Below, in pieces: positions 44,603 through 58,418 of a DNA stretch of 64,000 bases (its first letter is position 1; every line of letters begins with the position of its first letter). The notes below the pieces were generated by a model. The model was not told where the DNA came from. It did not search any database and worked only from the letters and a program-made list of their open reading frames with translations. Source of the stretch: Octopus sinensis (lineage: Eukaryota); assembly GCF_006345805.1 (NCBI RefSeq), contig NC_043006.1:682001-746000 (forward strand), read 5' to 3'. Both the position numbers and the translations under genes were made by a program.

Positions 44603-45267
44603 TACACTGACCTAACAAGTATTTCCAGAGCAATCAGTTAAACACAATTATACTTATTCTAGCCTATACAGGTCATGATATGAATACGTTTGATATATAT
44701 AGAGCAGTGAAGAAAATTTCTATATTCCATTCTAGGTGATGCATTTTAAAGTGAATATTTTCTGTTAAAGAAAAGCAAACTTGTCTTTTACTAAACATCA
44801 ATGCTCATGTTAGTAATTTCTTACAGAGTTAAAAACGAAGGTAAATTCTACAAGTTGGGTCAAATACGATGTAAATCACAGCAAAATTTGAACTTGAAAC
44901 AGGAAGAATCAAACTTAGTTCATTAGAATCATGTTTAGTTCATCTCTCAGTTAGTTTGTTGGTTTTCGTTATCTTGGAGGAAATATTCCTTACCCAATAA
45001 GGATATGTAATGAATGCTTGTTTTTCATTGGTTTCTGCAGATGTTACATTTGTAGGTTTTCACTTGTTAATCAAAATAACTGATAATATCATAAAATAGA
45101 AAGGAGAAAGAAAATTGGAAAAAATATTGGTTGTGGCATAACACTTAGAGAGATTACATAAATATATATACACAAAGATATATGTGCCTATGTCTTTTGA
45201 AGGCAGATATATGTGTCTGTGTATGGGATGGGGTATGTATGCATGTATGTATGTATGTATGTATGTA

Positions 45268-45334
<67 letters not shown>

Positions 45335-45459
45335 TATATATATATATAATATATATATATATATACACACACATACATATATATATATACACATATATAT
45401 ATATACACACATATATATATATATACATGGATATATGCATATATGTATACACACATATA

Positions 45460-45504
<45 letters not shown>

Positions 45505-45577
45505 TATACACACATGCATATATACATATACATATATATGTATATATATATATAATATATATATATCTATATCTATA

Positions 45578-45627
<50 letters not shown>

Positions 45628-45676
45628 GATATATATATATATATATATATATGAACATAGACTTACATATATATAT

Positions 45677-45708
<32 letters not shown>

Positions 45709-46434
45709 CATAGACTTACATCATCCTCATCATTTAATGTCTGTTTTCCATGCTGGCATGGGTTCGATGATTTGACTGAAAATTGGTAAGTTGGAGAGCT
45801 GCACCAAGTTTCATTCTGATTTGCCATGGTTTCTACTGCTGGATGCGCTTCCTAATGCCAACAATTCCAAGAGTGTTGTGGGTGCTTTTCATGTGCACAC
45901 ATATACATATATACACATAGACACACACACACACACAAGTATTTATATATATGTGTATATAAGTATCTATGGGAGAGTGTGTGTAGTGTAAGGTTGGTAT
46001 CCGTACATCTTTACTCACAATTATGAATGTCGGAAAACTGATCAGTTTATCTTCAATCTAATATATTAAGAATACCATTAGTTCCCACAGTCCGTAGCTG
46101 TTTACTGATTATATTAAATTTCCAGTTTTTAGTTATGTAAATTACTGCTAAGGAAATTATTACTTGTAAGCAGCTGGCAAATCATCTATTTTGAATAACT
46201 GAGCAGAGACTGTGTCTGTGTGTGTTACACATGTATATGAAGCGTTCAGTGAAGTCAAGCAACCCAAAACATCTAAGTAACTATCATCATTCTTCTTGTA
46301 AAAGTATAGTAAATATATATTCTGCATAAAAGAGTATTGAGTAATCCTTCAGCTTAACGTAGTATTGTTTTTATTATAGCTCAACAACAAAAAACAAACA
46401 TTGATAAATAAATCAATAAATAAATAAATAATAT

Positions 46435-46487
<53 letters not shown>

Positions 46488-46539
46488 GCATACATATGCA
46501 TATATATAGATACAACACCATAAATATGCATATATATAT

Positions 46540-46572
<33 letters not shown>

Positions 46573-47270
46573 GTGTGTAGGTATGTATGTATGTATACAT
46601 ATATAATAACAAACCAGGTGTGTCTTTTCAATGCCAACAATAGAAAACAGTCACTGTATTTCCTTCCATAACTACCATCTCTGAAGAGTGTAGGGTTACA
46701 TAATCAGACTGTTACCTAATACTCCATTGAACCCCTGCTGCAAAACTGATAGGAAATATCAGTCATAACCGATATACATAATACTGTGCTCTTTAATTAA
46801 TATATATATATATATTACATAAACATACATACATGCACATACTGGTACACATAAGCTGATACACACACACACTCAAACACATAATCCTTATTACCACCAA
46901 CATCTCGTACAAGTAAACTTAATATTTTTCTAGAGATTTTCCCCTTTATTGTTTATATCACTGCATGATCCAATACTGTAAAATACATCAAGTAATACTA
47001 TTACAATATACTATCATCCCTGCATCCCCTGCCTCTTTCTCATGTTTGTATCTCTTTCAATATTGCTAACACTGACCTCTGGATCTTGCTCTTCCTTTTT
47101 CGAAATGCTCTCCTTCAGCATTTAATTCCCTTTCATTTTCCTCTCTCACTTTACTAGTGTATGTTTATATATACATATGACATATGCATACATACATATA
47201 TACATAGATACATACAAACTTGCAGACATACATATATGCATGCATACATGTATATATACACATCAGTAAT

Positions 47271-47322
<52 letters not shown>

Positions 47323-47527
47323 TATATATATATATATATAGATATGTATGTTGTATGTATGTATATATATGTATGTATATATGTGTATGTATATATATAT
47401 GGTGCATGGTGAATCTACAACTGATGCAAATTACAAATAAATGAAACTAGTACTGATTACTGCTAGATTGAATTGTATAACATTATTTATTCAAAGCTTA
47501 TATTAGTTGCCGCACTTATTTCTGATG

Positions 47528-47563
<36 letters not shown>

Positions 47564-47816
47564 ACATATCTGTATGTATGTGTGTATGTATGTGTGTATG
47601 TATGTGTGTATGTATGTATTTATGTATTTATGTACTTATGCATATATGTACGTTTATGCATATATATACACACACACACATGTTCTCATGTGATTCATTT
47701 TTCAATCAATGATCAACATGTATACATTTTGCAAAACCATCATTTTGCTGTGATGTGCAAAATCTATTGATATATATTTTGATTTATGTCAAGAAAATAT
47801 TCTTAAATTTATCCAT

Positions 47817-47930
47817 TTACCTACCTACCTACCTACCTACCTACCAACCTACCTACCTACCTACCTACCTACCTACCTACCTACATACCTACCTACCTAC
47901 CTACCCACCTACCCACCTATCTATCTATCC

Positions 47931-47962
<32 letters not shown>

Positions 47963-47985
47963 GTCTGTCTGTCTATCTGTCTGTA
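47817..47985. repeat. (CCTA)n/(TCTA)n/(TCTG)n microsatellite
   Basis: Direct reading. Confidence 0.96.
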
Positions 47986-48119
47986 CACCCCCACACATAT
48001 ACACCCTAATCTATTTATAATTATATATATTTGATATGTTTATATATATGTATATTATATTAGATACATATCTATATGTGTATGTAGATATATATGTTTT
48101 TATGCAAGTATATATATAA

Positions 48120-48152
<33 letters not shown>

Positions 48153-48287
48153 CATTTATCAAAAAGGGGATGACGAAAGAACAACCGATAATCTTAGGAA
48201 CTCCATTAGCTTACCACTGTTTCCGCTCTAAGATGTGGTGGACACCAGTGATTTGAACACAAAGTGCAATTTATTACAGAAAACAAA

Positions 48288-48336
<49 letters not shown>

Positions 48337-48501
48337 CATATATATATATATAGATAGAAAGATAATTTGATAGATTGATGGATAGATTGATAAATAGATA
48401 ATTAGATAGATAGATAAATAGATGGATATAGGTATAGATATAACAGCATGTGTGTATAGATATGCATATTTGTGTACATATGCATACACACATATACATA
48501 C

Positions 48502-48533
<32 letters not shown>

Positions 48534-49017
48534 GTGCACAAGCACACATTTGTACATTTCAAGTAAATTTTAACCCTGTTACTACTGCTCTGAGCTTTTC
48601 TAATTATGTGGACATTAATTTAGGTCACTCGAAATGTCCATGCAATTAGAGACTTTGTTTAGCAATTTGGCAAAGCATTACCTGTGGTTAAATGAATGAA
48701 GACACTCTGCTACACGTGTTAAATATTCTTTGCACTCATTTTGATACTGACATGTACACACACACACATATTATACATGGAGTGTGAGAAAGAGAGGGAG
48801 AGATATATAGGTAAAAAAAGTGTGAGAGCAAATTCATACACTTGAACTTATACATGTATATATATATGCATGTTTTATATTTTTTTGTTTTTTATCACAT
48901 CTGATCACAATTTTCCTTGATAGAAGCACAAAGCACATTCACACAAACACATGTCCTCATTCCTCCTCACACATATGCACATACATACACTCCCACACAT
49001 AAAAAAGCACACACACA

Positions 49018-49930
<913 letters not shown>

Positions 49931-50013
49931 GTATATATTTTATGTGTTATTATGATGAATCATAGCTGTTGGTAGTATCAACTGTGGTAAGGGCCAAGGG
50001 TTCGATGGGGGGG

Positions 50014-50300
50014 TCAGACTTGCTGCAGCTCTGTTTGATGGTGACCCAATGGATGTCCTCTACCTCCGCCACCCCTCCTACACTGATTCTGGTTGCTACT
50101 TCCCATGCAAAGAGTGCAGCAGATAGATGTGGAAGACTCTCGGACAATATCATCAAGACTCATACAAAGGGCTGCGGCAAAAAAGAATATAGTTCCCCCC
50201 CATCCGAGACCATAGCCCGTTCCGTAGTGATGGGATAACAGCTTTAAGTCATGTTCTATGGCAACAGGGAATATTATCAGTGCTACCGTCGTGCTGAGAG
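50014..50300 (-). CDS. PMP22/claudin-superfamily tetraspan protein (TMEM47/PERP/VAB-9-like), last coding exon
   Basis: Acceptor ttccttccAG at 50301-50302; phase 1 matches the upstream exon; (A)LSTTVALIIFPV...HYGTGYGLGWGGTIFFFAAALC...TELQQV*. TM3, the GYGLxWG motif and TM4 are typical of TMEM47/PERP. Confidence 0.88.
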
Positions 50301-50614
50301 CTGGAAGGAAATACAAAACGAAATGAATAGAATGCAATAGAATATTACGAAGAAAATACAATACATCAAAAAAACAAAAAACAAAAAACAAAAAAAAAAA
50401 TAATTTCAAAATTTGGCACCAGGCCAGCAATTTTTGGTTGAAGGGTAAATCATTTACATTGACCCCAGTATGCAACTGGTACATATTTTACCGTCCCTGA
50501 AAGGACGAAAGACAAAATTGACCTTGACTGTATTTGAATTCAGAATGTAAAGTCGGACAAAACGCCATTAAGCATCTTCTCTGGTCCACTAAGCAATAGC
50601 TCACAGCCTAAACA

Positions 50615-50615
50615 A

Positions 50616-50700
<85 letters not shown>

Positions 50701-50735
50701 CGTAGTAGTAGTAATAATAATAATCATAATCATAA
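50615..50735. repeat. (TAG)n microsatellite between decayed minus-strand family A SINEs (about 50400-50600, 50737-50950, 50995-51185)
   Basis: Direct reading. Confidence 0.9.
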
Positions 50736-52088
50736 TACTTTCTACTAAAGGCACAAGGCCTGAAATTTTGGGGTAGGGGTTAACTTGATCACATCAATCC
50801 CTGTGCTTCACTGGTACTTAATTTATTGACCCCAAAAGAATAAAAGGCAAAATTGACTTCGGTGGAATTTGAACACAGAACATAAAGACAGACGAAATGC
50901 CCCTCAACATTTACTCCTGTGCACTAGCAATTCTGCTAGCTCATTGCCTTAGTAGTAGTAGTAATATAATAATAATAATAATTATCTTTTAAACTATAGG
51001 CACAAGGCCTAATATTTGGGGGAGGGGGATAATCGACCCCATTGCACAACTGGTACTTAATTTATCGACTCTGAAAGGCTGAAAGGCAAAGTCAACCTCA
51101 GCAGAATTTGAACTCAGAATGTGAAGATGGATGACATACCACTAAGCATTTTGTCCAGATTGCTAATGATTCTGCCAGCTCACTACCCTAACAGCAACAA
51201 CAACAATAATAATGGTGATGATATTCATAATAATGATGATGATGAAGATGATGATGATGGTGATGATAACAGAAGAATAAATAATGTTATTTTTGGCTAT
51301 TTTACATTCATTTCCTCCTAACAGCGTAAGTAGGCCAGTGATTTTACAACAATAGTTTTTTTACACTTGGATGACTCTTTTTCTCTTGCTAACCAGTTAA
51401 CCATGACAGCAAGCAGAAGGCAAGTTTAGTGTTAAAATATTTAATGTATGGGACATTGAAAAAAAAAAACCCTGATTAGATGTAAATATTTGGTGAAACA
51501 GATAGAAAAACTAGTGTTAACATGTTTAACAGAAAACGCCTTAAAAAACAGAAATATACAAACGGTTTGAAAGTATGATTTTCGTCAGTAATGAATAATG
51601 AAAGCTTAACATCCACTTCTCCATGCTTGCATAGGTCAGACTGAATTCATTGAAGTGGATTTTCTACAGCTGGATAACTTTCCTATCACCCATCCTAAGT
51701 GATGGTTCCATGAACAAAAGCAGCCAGTACTCTATAAAGTGGTTGGCATTAGGAGAGATATCTAGCTGTAGGAACCATTCTAAAGCAGACATTGGAACAT
51801 GGTACATTCCTCTGGTTCAACAGTACCCATTGAACTGTTCAACCCATGCCTGCATGGAAAACGGATGTTGAATAATGATGATGATGATCATGATGAAGAC
51901 GAATTGTTGGTGTTACTAAAGGAAGTAATTTATATGATTGTGTTTATAGCATTGTAGGAAAATATAACAGTATAAAGAATAAATAATTTAGAGATGCCAT
52001 CTACATGAAAAATAATAGGCAAGTATATTTAATACAAAGAACTTTAAAAAGCTACCTTAAATAAATATGTGGTGTGGTAGACAAATCA

Positions 52089-52161
<73 letters not shown>

Positions 52162-52202
52162 GAGATAGATAGATAGATAGATAGATAGAGAAATAGATAG
52201 AG

Positions 52203-52236
<34 letters not shown>

Positions 52237-52616
52237 ATAAATTAGTAAGTTAATGTCAACATAATACAAGGCACTTGAGAAGTCTTACTCAATAAATAGT
52301 GAGATGGATTGACAAATATACAGATAAGTAAATAATTAATAATATTTAACGTATAGAGCATTCAGGGCAGCAAGCTGGCAGAATCGTTAGCATGCTGGGC
52401 ATAATACTTAGTGGTATTTTGTCTGTCTTTATGTTCTGAGTTCAAATTCTGCTGAGGTCGACTTTGCCTTTCATCCTTTCAGGGAATCAATAAAATAAGT
52501 ACCAATCAAGTTCTGGGGTCAATGTAATCAACTTACCTCTTCCCCTAAATTTTGCTTTTATATGTATATATCCCAAAAAACAACAACATTACTTTCTCAA
52601 ATGTTTTACATAGTCA

Positions 52617-53177
52617 AACCCTTTAACATTCAGATTACTCTATCAAATGCTTCTTTTAGGAGCACTCTGCCGGTTATGACGACGAGGGTCCCAGCTGATA
52701 CGATCAAAAGAACAGCCTGCTCGTGAAATTAATGTGCAAGTGGCTGAGCAATCCACAGACACGTGTACCCCTAACGTAGTTAGATTCAGCGTGACACAAA
52801 GTGAGACAAGGCTGGCCCTTTGAAATACAGGTACAACTCATTTTTGCCAGCTGAGTGGACTGGGACAACGTGAAATAAAATGTCTTGCTCAAGGACACAA
52901 CATGTCGCTGGGGATCGAACTCACGACCTTGCAATTGTGAGCCAAATGCCCCTGACCACTAAGCCACACACCTTCAATCAAATGTAATGCTTATTTATTC
53001 ACATTTATTTGAATTAGTTACGCATTAGCTCGTAACTTTGAGATTTCAATGACATGATTGTTTATTTCTAGAATGACATTGTAGGGTAAGTGTGAGAGGC
53101 CAGATCTGGTCAGTTTGAATATAAAACTGGTAGAATATTTTGGCTGGATATGGTTGATTTAAATGCTGAAGGGTTAA
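52617..53177. mobile_element. piggyBac-type MITE (ccctttagcatt...aatgctgaagggTTAA) split by a family B SINE (about 52655-52975, minus)
   Basis: Uninterrupted relatives at about 25488-25662 and 39410-39610; ATCAAATG duplicated on both sides of the SINE. Confidence 0.7.
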
Positions 53178-53849
53178 CATGTTTCCAGCCACTGAAACAT
53201 TTCCTTAGTGAGTTCTATGGAAAACCCACACAAGTAAACCTATGAAAAAACATTACAGGAATTTTGAAAGATATCTATAAAGCTATTTATTAAAGATCAA
53301 ATGGTTATGAAGGTCCACCAGAATGAAACAGTAATCAAAGGGGGCCATAGGTAAAAAGGGGCTGAGAATCACTGATTTAAATGCTTGTCTTCCTGATGTG
53401 TTACTGGGCCACTAAATTAGTGTTTAGTTAGCAGTGAGGAAGGTAATGAGTAAATTGTCAACTAATTACTCCAACAAAATCTATCCTATTCTATATATTA
53501 CAAAAATAATTGATGTAAAACCTTGGTAGAATCAGAATGATCCCAGTCTATAATGAAATGAAACTAAATTTAGAAAGTCACAGAGTCAGTTGCTGTATTC
53601 TTTTCTCAGATCTTTATATTTTATTAATATTATCCTATATTATCATAATTAAATACACATATAAGCAATCGATATTTTCTTTTCATGAAAGAAGTTAGTA
53701 TACATAACATGAAAGATTTATTAGCAATCAATATCTTCCTGTTATATTACATGGAATATTTGTAAATAATATAGAAACAGGAAAACGAAATGGAAGTCAT
53801 GGTTTCATCTCTAATGAAGGGTTTTGTCTTCATATAATATGCAGGGTAG

Positions 53850-53990
53850 ATATGAGGGGGTGCTGAAAAGTTCCAGGCTTTAAGGGTATCACAAAAGGCC
53901 TGGTTGGACGCCCCACATTCTGAGTTCTTTTGTAGGGCTTAGGATAACTGTTAGGCTACTGCAATAGATGTGTGTAACTGAGAGGGGAAT
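53850..53990 (+). mobile_element. Mariner-type MITE fragment
   Basis: TA(T/C)GAGGGGGTGCTGAAAAGTTCC terminus; right end lost at a (CAT)n family D insertion. Confidence 0.5.
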
Positions 53991-54261
53991 CATCATCATC
54001 ATCATCATCATCATTTAGCGTCCGCTTTCCATGCTAGCATAGGTTGGACGGTTCAACTGGGGTCTGTGAAGTCAGAAGGCTGCACCAGGACCAGTCTGAT
54101 CTGGGAGTGTTTCTATGGCTGGATGCCCTTCCTAATGCCAACCACTCCATGAGTGTAGTGGGTGCTTTTTACGTGCCAGACGAGTCTGGCAAACGGCCAC
54201 GATCGGATGGTGCTTTTTACGTGCCACACACATATACATACACACACACACACATATACAT

Positions 54262-54318
<57 letters not shown>

Positions 54319-55179
54319 AACAAAAGAAAGAGGCACTCAACATATTTAGTAGGAGTTGCATGTATTATTATTGAAAACAGTTTGATTTGCCCCCCCTGCA
54401 ACGTCCGTGGGCTGATTGAGCTCAGGCAAGCAAATAGAGTGATGCAGGAAGTGTGAGGTGGCTGCTGGAAACTGCGCTGCTACCGGTCGAGGCAGGTCAC
54501 ATGATGTTGTTGGAAATAATGTTGAAATTCTGTAACTTTATAAACTGTGATAAAGTCATCTATGAGCCTAATGGTGGCTGTGAACCAGGAAACGTCTGAA
54601 GTCTGCTACCAAAGACATGAGAGTTAAAGGAAGTGAAATAGATCTATTAAGAACTGAAATGGTGCCTCAGAAGAAGTTCACTCTTTTATCTTCTATCTTT
54701 TGCTTGTTTCACTCATTAGACTGTGGCCATGCTGGGGCACCACCTTGAAGAATTTTTAGTTGATTGTTTTATTGACCCCCAGCACTTATTTTTGTTTTAA
54801 AGCTGGGTACTCCATAGAGTACCTAGCCAGTCTACAGAGAGTTCTGGGTGCTTTTTATGATGAACTGCTAAGTTACAAGGACTTAAACACCACAGCATTG
54901 GATATCGAGTGGTGGGGTGGGGAGACAAACACATAAATATATATATATACATATGTAATTGGGCTTTTTCAATTTCTGTCTACCAAATTCACTCGTAAGG
55001 CTTTGTTTGGCCTGAGGCTATAGTTGAAGACACTTGCCCAAGGTATCACACAGTGGATCTGAACCCAGAACCATGTGCTGGGAAGCAAGCTTCTTACTAC
55101 ACAACCATACCTGCACCTTTAATGACTCATTAGGAACTTTATCATGATATAACAGACATAGATTCAAAATAATACCATA

Positions 55180-55350
55180 GGCGCAGCAGTGGCTCTGTGG
55201 TAAGTAGCTTGCTAACCAACCACATGGTTCCGGGTTCAGTCCCACTGCGTGGCATCTTGGGCAAGTGTCTTCTGCTATAGCCCCGGGCCGACCAATGCCT
55301 TGTGAGTGGATTTGGTAGACGGAAACTGAAAGAAGCCTGTCGTATATATG

Positions 55351-55381
<31 letters not shown>

Positions 55382-55586
55382 GTATGTGTGTCTGTGTTTG
55401 TCCCCCTAGCATTGCTTGACAACCGATGCTGGTGTGTCTACGTCCCCGTCACTTAGCGGTTCGGCAAAAGAGACCGATAGAATAAGTACTGGGCTTACAA
55501 AGAATAAGTCCCGGGGTCGATTTGCTCGACTAAAGGCGGTGCTCCAGCATGGCCGCAGTCAAATGACTGAAACAAGTAAAAGAGTA
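55180..55586 (+). mobile_element. SINE family C, young full-length copy
   Basis: Near-identical to 18163-18603; CpGs intact. Confidence 0.9.
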
Positions 55587-56742
55587 AGCTTATTCATTTT
55601 CAGTTGTGACTTGAAGCTGCTGTCTGTGGTTCCTCTTACAGATGATGTTTTACTAACCTTACTTTCACTTTCACTTTCATCTGGCAATTTGATAATGAGT
55701 TTATCTTTTATATTACATTTAAGGGATTAGATATAGTTAATGTGTGTTGTTGTGAAACTAATTGTTCTTACAGTAAATATTTAAATTTTCGGACAACAGT
55801 AACCAAAAAAAAAACACTAAAACAAAATAAATTCTCATTTCAATTAATTATTATCTTATCACTATTTACCATTAACAGAGAGAAAAATAAATATAAACCA
55901 ATGAAACTGGGTTAATAAATAAACTCTGTTTAAACCACCAAATAATAATTTAATGAATATTTTCTAGATAATGTTTTTCAAATTTGTTTAGTGTGATGAC
56001 TCATCATCATCATCATCATCAACAACAGCAGCAGTAGCAGCATTGTCGTTATCATCAACATCGTTTTGGATGTTGGATGGAATTTGTCAAGGCAGATTTT
56101 CTACAGCTGAATAACTTTCATGCGACCAACCCTCACTTACTTCCAACTGAAATATCCCCCCAGGGACCAGACATGTCATTCACAGAAGACATCACTTATA
56201 ATGAAGATGACCACTCATTTACAGTTACCATGTGATACCAAAACAAGGATATACTAACACACAAATGCACACACACACACATATATCATCATCATCAACA
56301 TTTAAATTCCCTTTTCCATGCTGGCATGGGCCAGACAGCTTCACAGGAATGGGCAGGGCATGGGGCTGCATCAAGTTCCATAGTCAGCTGTGGCATGGTT
56401 ACTATTGCTGGATGCCTTTCATAATGCCAGCCACTCTACAGAGCGTTCTGGGTGCATTTTATGTGGCACCATCACCAATGCTTTTTACATGGCTCCTTGC
56501 TTATATATTTGCAGCCACTTTTCTCCTTTGCCTTACACCCTTAAGCCTCTTAATGCTGGTTGCAACAAAGTTTCTTATACCATTTTGACACAACAATCTC
56601 CATTTTGTTTGTGTAAGGCTGTTCGCTCCAAGGCTGTCGTGAGCTACCTTGACTGCTGAGAGGTCACTCTTCAGCTTGTCCTTATATCTGAGCCATGGTT
56701 GACCAACTTTTCTGTGCCCACTAAATACATATATATATATAT

Positions 56743-56920
56743 ATATAAATTAGAAAAAAACCACCTTTTATCAATTTAATAATGAAAAATTAAATTATGC
56801 CATTTAGAAAAATTACATATTATAGAAAGATTAAGTATAAGATAAAACATATAATGATAATTAAGTAATGTGCAAAATAATTTTTCATTATTGAATTGAT
56901 AAAAGGTGTTTTAATTTATA
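56743..56920. repeat. AT-rich inverted repeat (about 45-bp arms) flanked by (TA)n
   Basis: tataaatta...caccttttatcaatt(t)aataatgaaaaatta / taatttttcattattgaattgataaaaggtg...taatttata. Confidence 0.8.
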
Positions 56921-56937
56921 TATATATATATATATAT

Positions 56938-57378
56938 ATATAAGCGGGATCAGCCATCTGAATGTGGCTAGGGACAGGGCGGGGTGGTGGGGGTGTTACT
57001 GATGCATTTAGCCCCAGGCGACTATAGACGTCACTAGAAGAGCCGACACCATCACGGTGTCCTTGCTGGCCTGCAAAGGGAGATCAGCCTCCCCGAAGAT
57101 ACGGATGCTACACACGGACCGGTTTCGAGGTAATCGCCTCTCGTCAGCGCATGGCAAGCACCGTTCTTCATTGAGGGACTTCCTGTACAGGCCAGATAAA
57201 TATAGAAACCGGTCCATGATGGTGTCGGCTCTTCTAGTGACGTCTATAGTCGCCTGGGGCTAAATGCATCAGTAACACCCCCACCACCCCGCCCTGTCCC
57301 TAGCCACATTCAGATGGCTGATCCCGCTTATATTAAAGAGCAGTTACTGTTTATACCTTGCTCAGAGATTTATTATTG

Positions 57379-57380
<2 letters not shown>
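56938..57380. mobile_element. Penelope-like pseudo-LTR element: perfect 117-bp inverted repeats (56938-57054, 57217-57333), 162-nt spacer, about 45-nt one-sided tail
   Basis: Arms checked base by base as exact reverse complements; spacer holds a hammerhead; inserted in (TA)n. Confidence 0.8.
57111..57153 (-). ncRNA. Minimal type I hammerhead ribozyme
   Basis: CAUGCG-CUGACGA-GAGG(CGAUUA)CCUC-GAAA-CCGG-UC|CGUGUG: complete catalytic core, 4-bp stem II, palindromic stem III (ACCGGU), GUC cleavage triplet, 6-bp stem I with two G-U pairs. Confidence 0.85.
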
Positions 57381-57423
<43 letters not shown>

Positions 57424-57889
57424 TATATTTTGTGAAATTTGATTTAGTATTTCTAAATTGAATTTTTCCCTGTAAGTTTGGAATAATATTCCCTCATATT
57501 ATTACTCTTATATATATATATATATTATCATCATCATTTAGCGTCCGCTTTCCATGCTAGCATGGGTTGGACGGTTCAACTGGGGGTCTGTGAAGCCAGA
57601 AGGCTGCATCAGGCCCAGTCTGATCTGGCAGTGTTTCTACGGCTGGATGCCCTTCCTAATGCCAACCACTCCGTGAGTGTAGTGGGAGCTTTTTACATAT
57701 ATCTATATACATACATATGTCCAACCCATTGGCAGCATGGAAAAAGGACATTAAATGATAAGGATGAGGATGAACAATTGTTACTTATTCACAACAGTGG
57801 TTATGTATTGTGGTTTCTGTCTTATTGAATCTTTATCTTCTTCTTGTTTCAGTCATGCTGGGGCACTGGCTTACTCTTTTTTTACTCTT

Positions 57890-58216
57890 TTACTTGTTTC
57901 AGTCATTTGACTGTGGCCATGCTGGAGCACCGGCTTTAGTCGAGCAAATCGACCCCAGGACTTATTGCTTGTAAGCTTCAAGTCACAACTGAAAATGAAT
58001 AAGCTTACTCTTTTATTCTTTTACTTGTTTCAGTCATTTGACTGCGGCCATGCTGGAGCACCGCCTTTAGTCGAGCAAATCGACCCCGGGACTTATTCTT
58101 TGTAAGCCCAGTACTTATTCTATCGGTCTCTTTTGCCGAACCGCTAAGTGACGGGGACGTAGACACACCAGCATCAGTTGTCAAGCAATGCTAGGGGGAC
58201 AAACACAGACACACAA

Positions 58217-58247
<31 letters not shown>

Positions 58248-58418
58248 CATATATACGACAGGCTTCTTTCAGTTTCCGTCTACCAAATCCACTCACAAGG
58301 CATTGGTCGGCCCGGGGCTATAGCAGAAGACACTTGCCCAAGATGCCATGCAGTGGGAATGAACCCAAAGCCATGTGGTTCGTAAGCAAGCTAGTTACCA
58401 CACAGTCACTCCTGTGCC
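57890..58418 (-). mobile_element. SINE family C (full copy 58005-58418 plus extra 3' tail 57890-57977)
   Basis: Reverse complement of 55180-55586; older decayed copies adjacent (58440-58740, 54680-55115). Confidence 0.88.

Noticed and set aside
49978-50016. Stop-codon readthrough at TGA-C
   Set aside because: The extension would be only 11 aa (PPHRTLGPYHS) and there is no conservation evidence in the window.
51557-51592. Minus-strand CTGACGA-AAA(TCATAC)TTT-CAAACCG
   Set aside because: G12 is replaced by C and stems are weak; at best a dead relic.
56970-56993. G-quadruplex motif GGGACAGGGCGGGGTGGTGGGGG
   Set aside because: Present, but lies in an arm that would be fully base-paired in the hairpin; no independent sign of function.
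57008-57263. Opposing ORFs that both end in MVSALLVTSIVAWG
   Set aside because: A trivial consequence of the perfect inverted repeat; no protein evidence.
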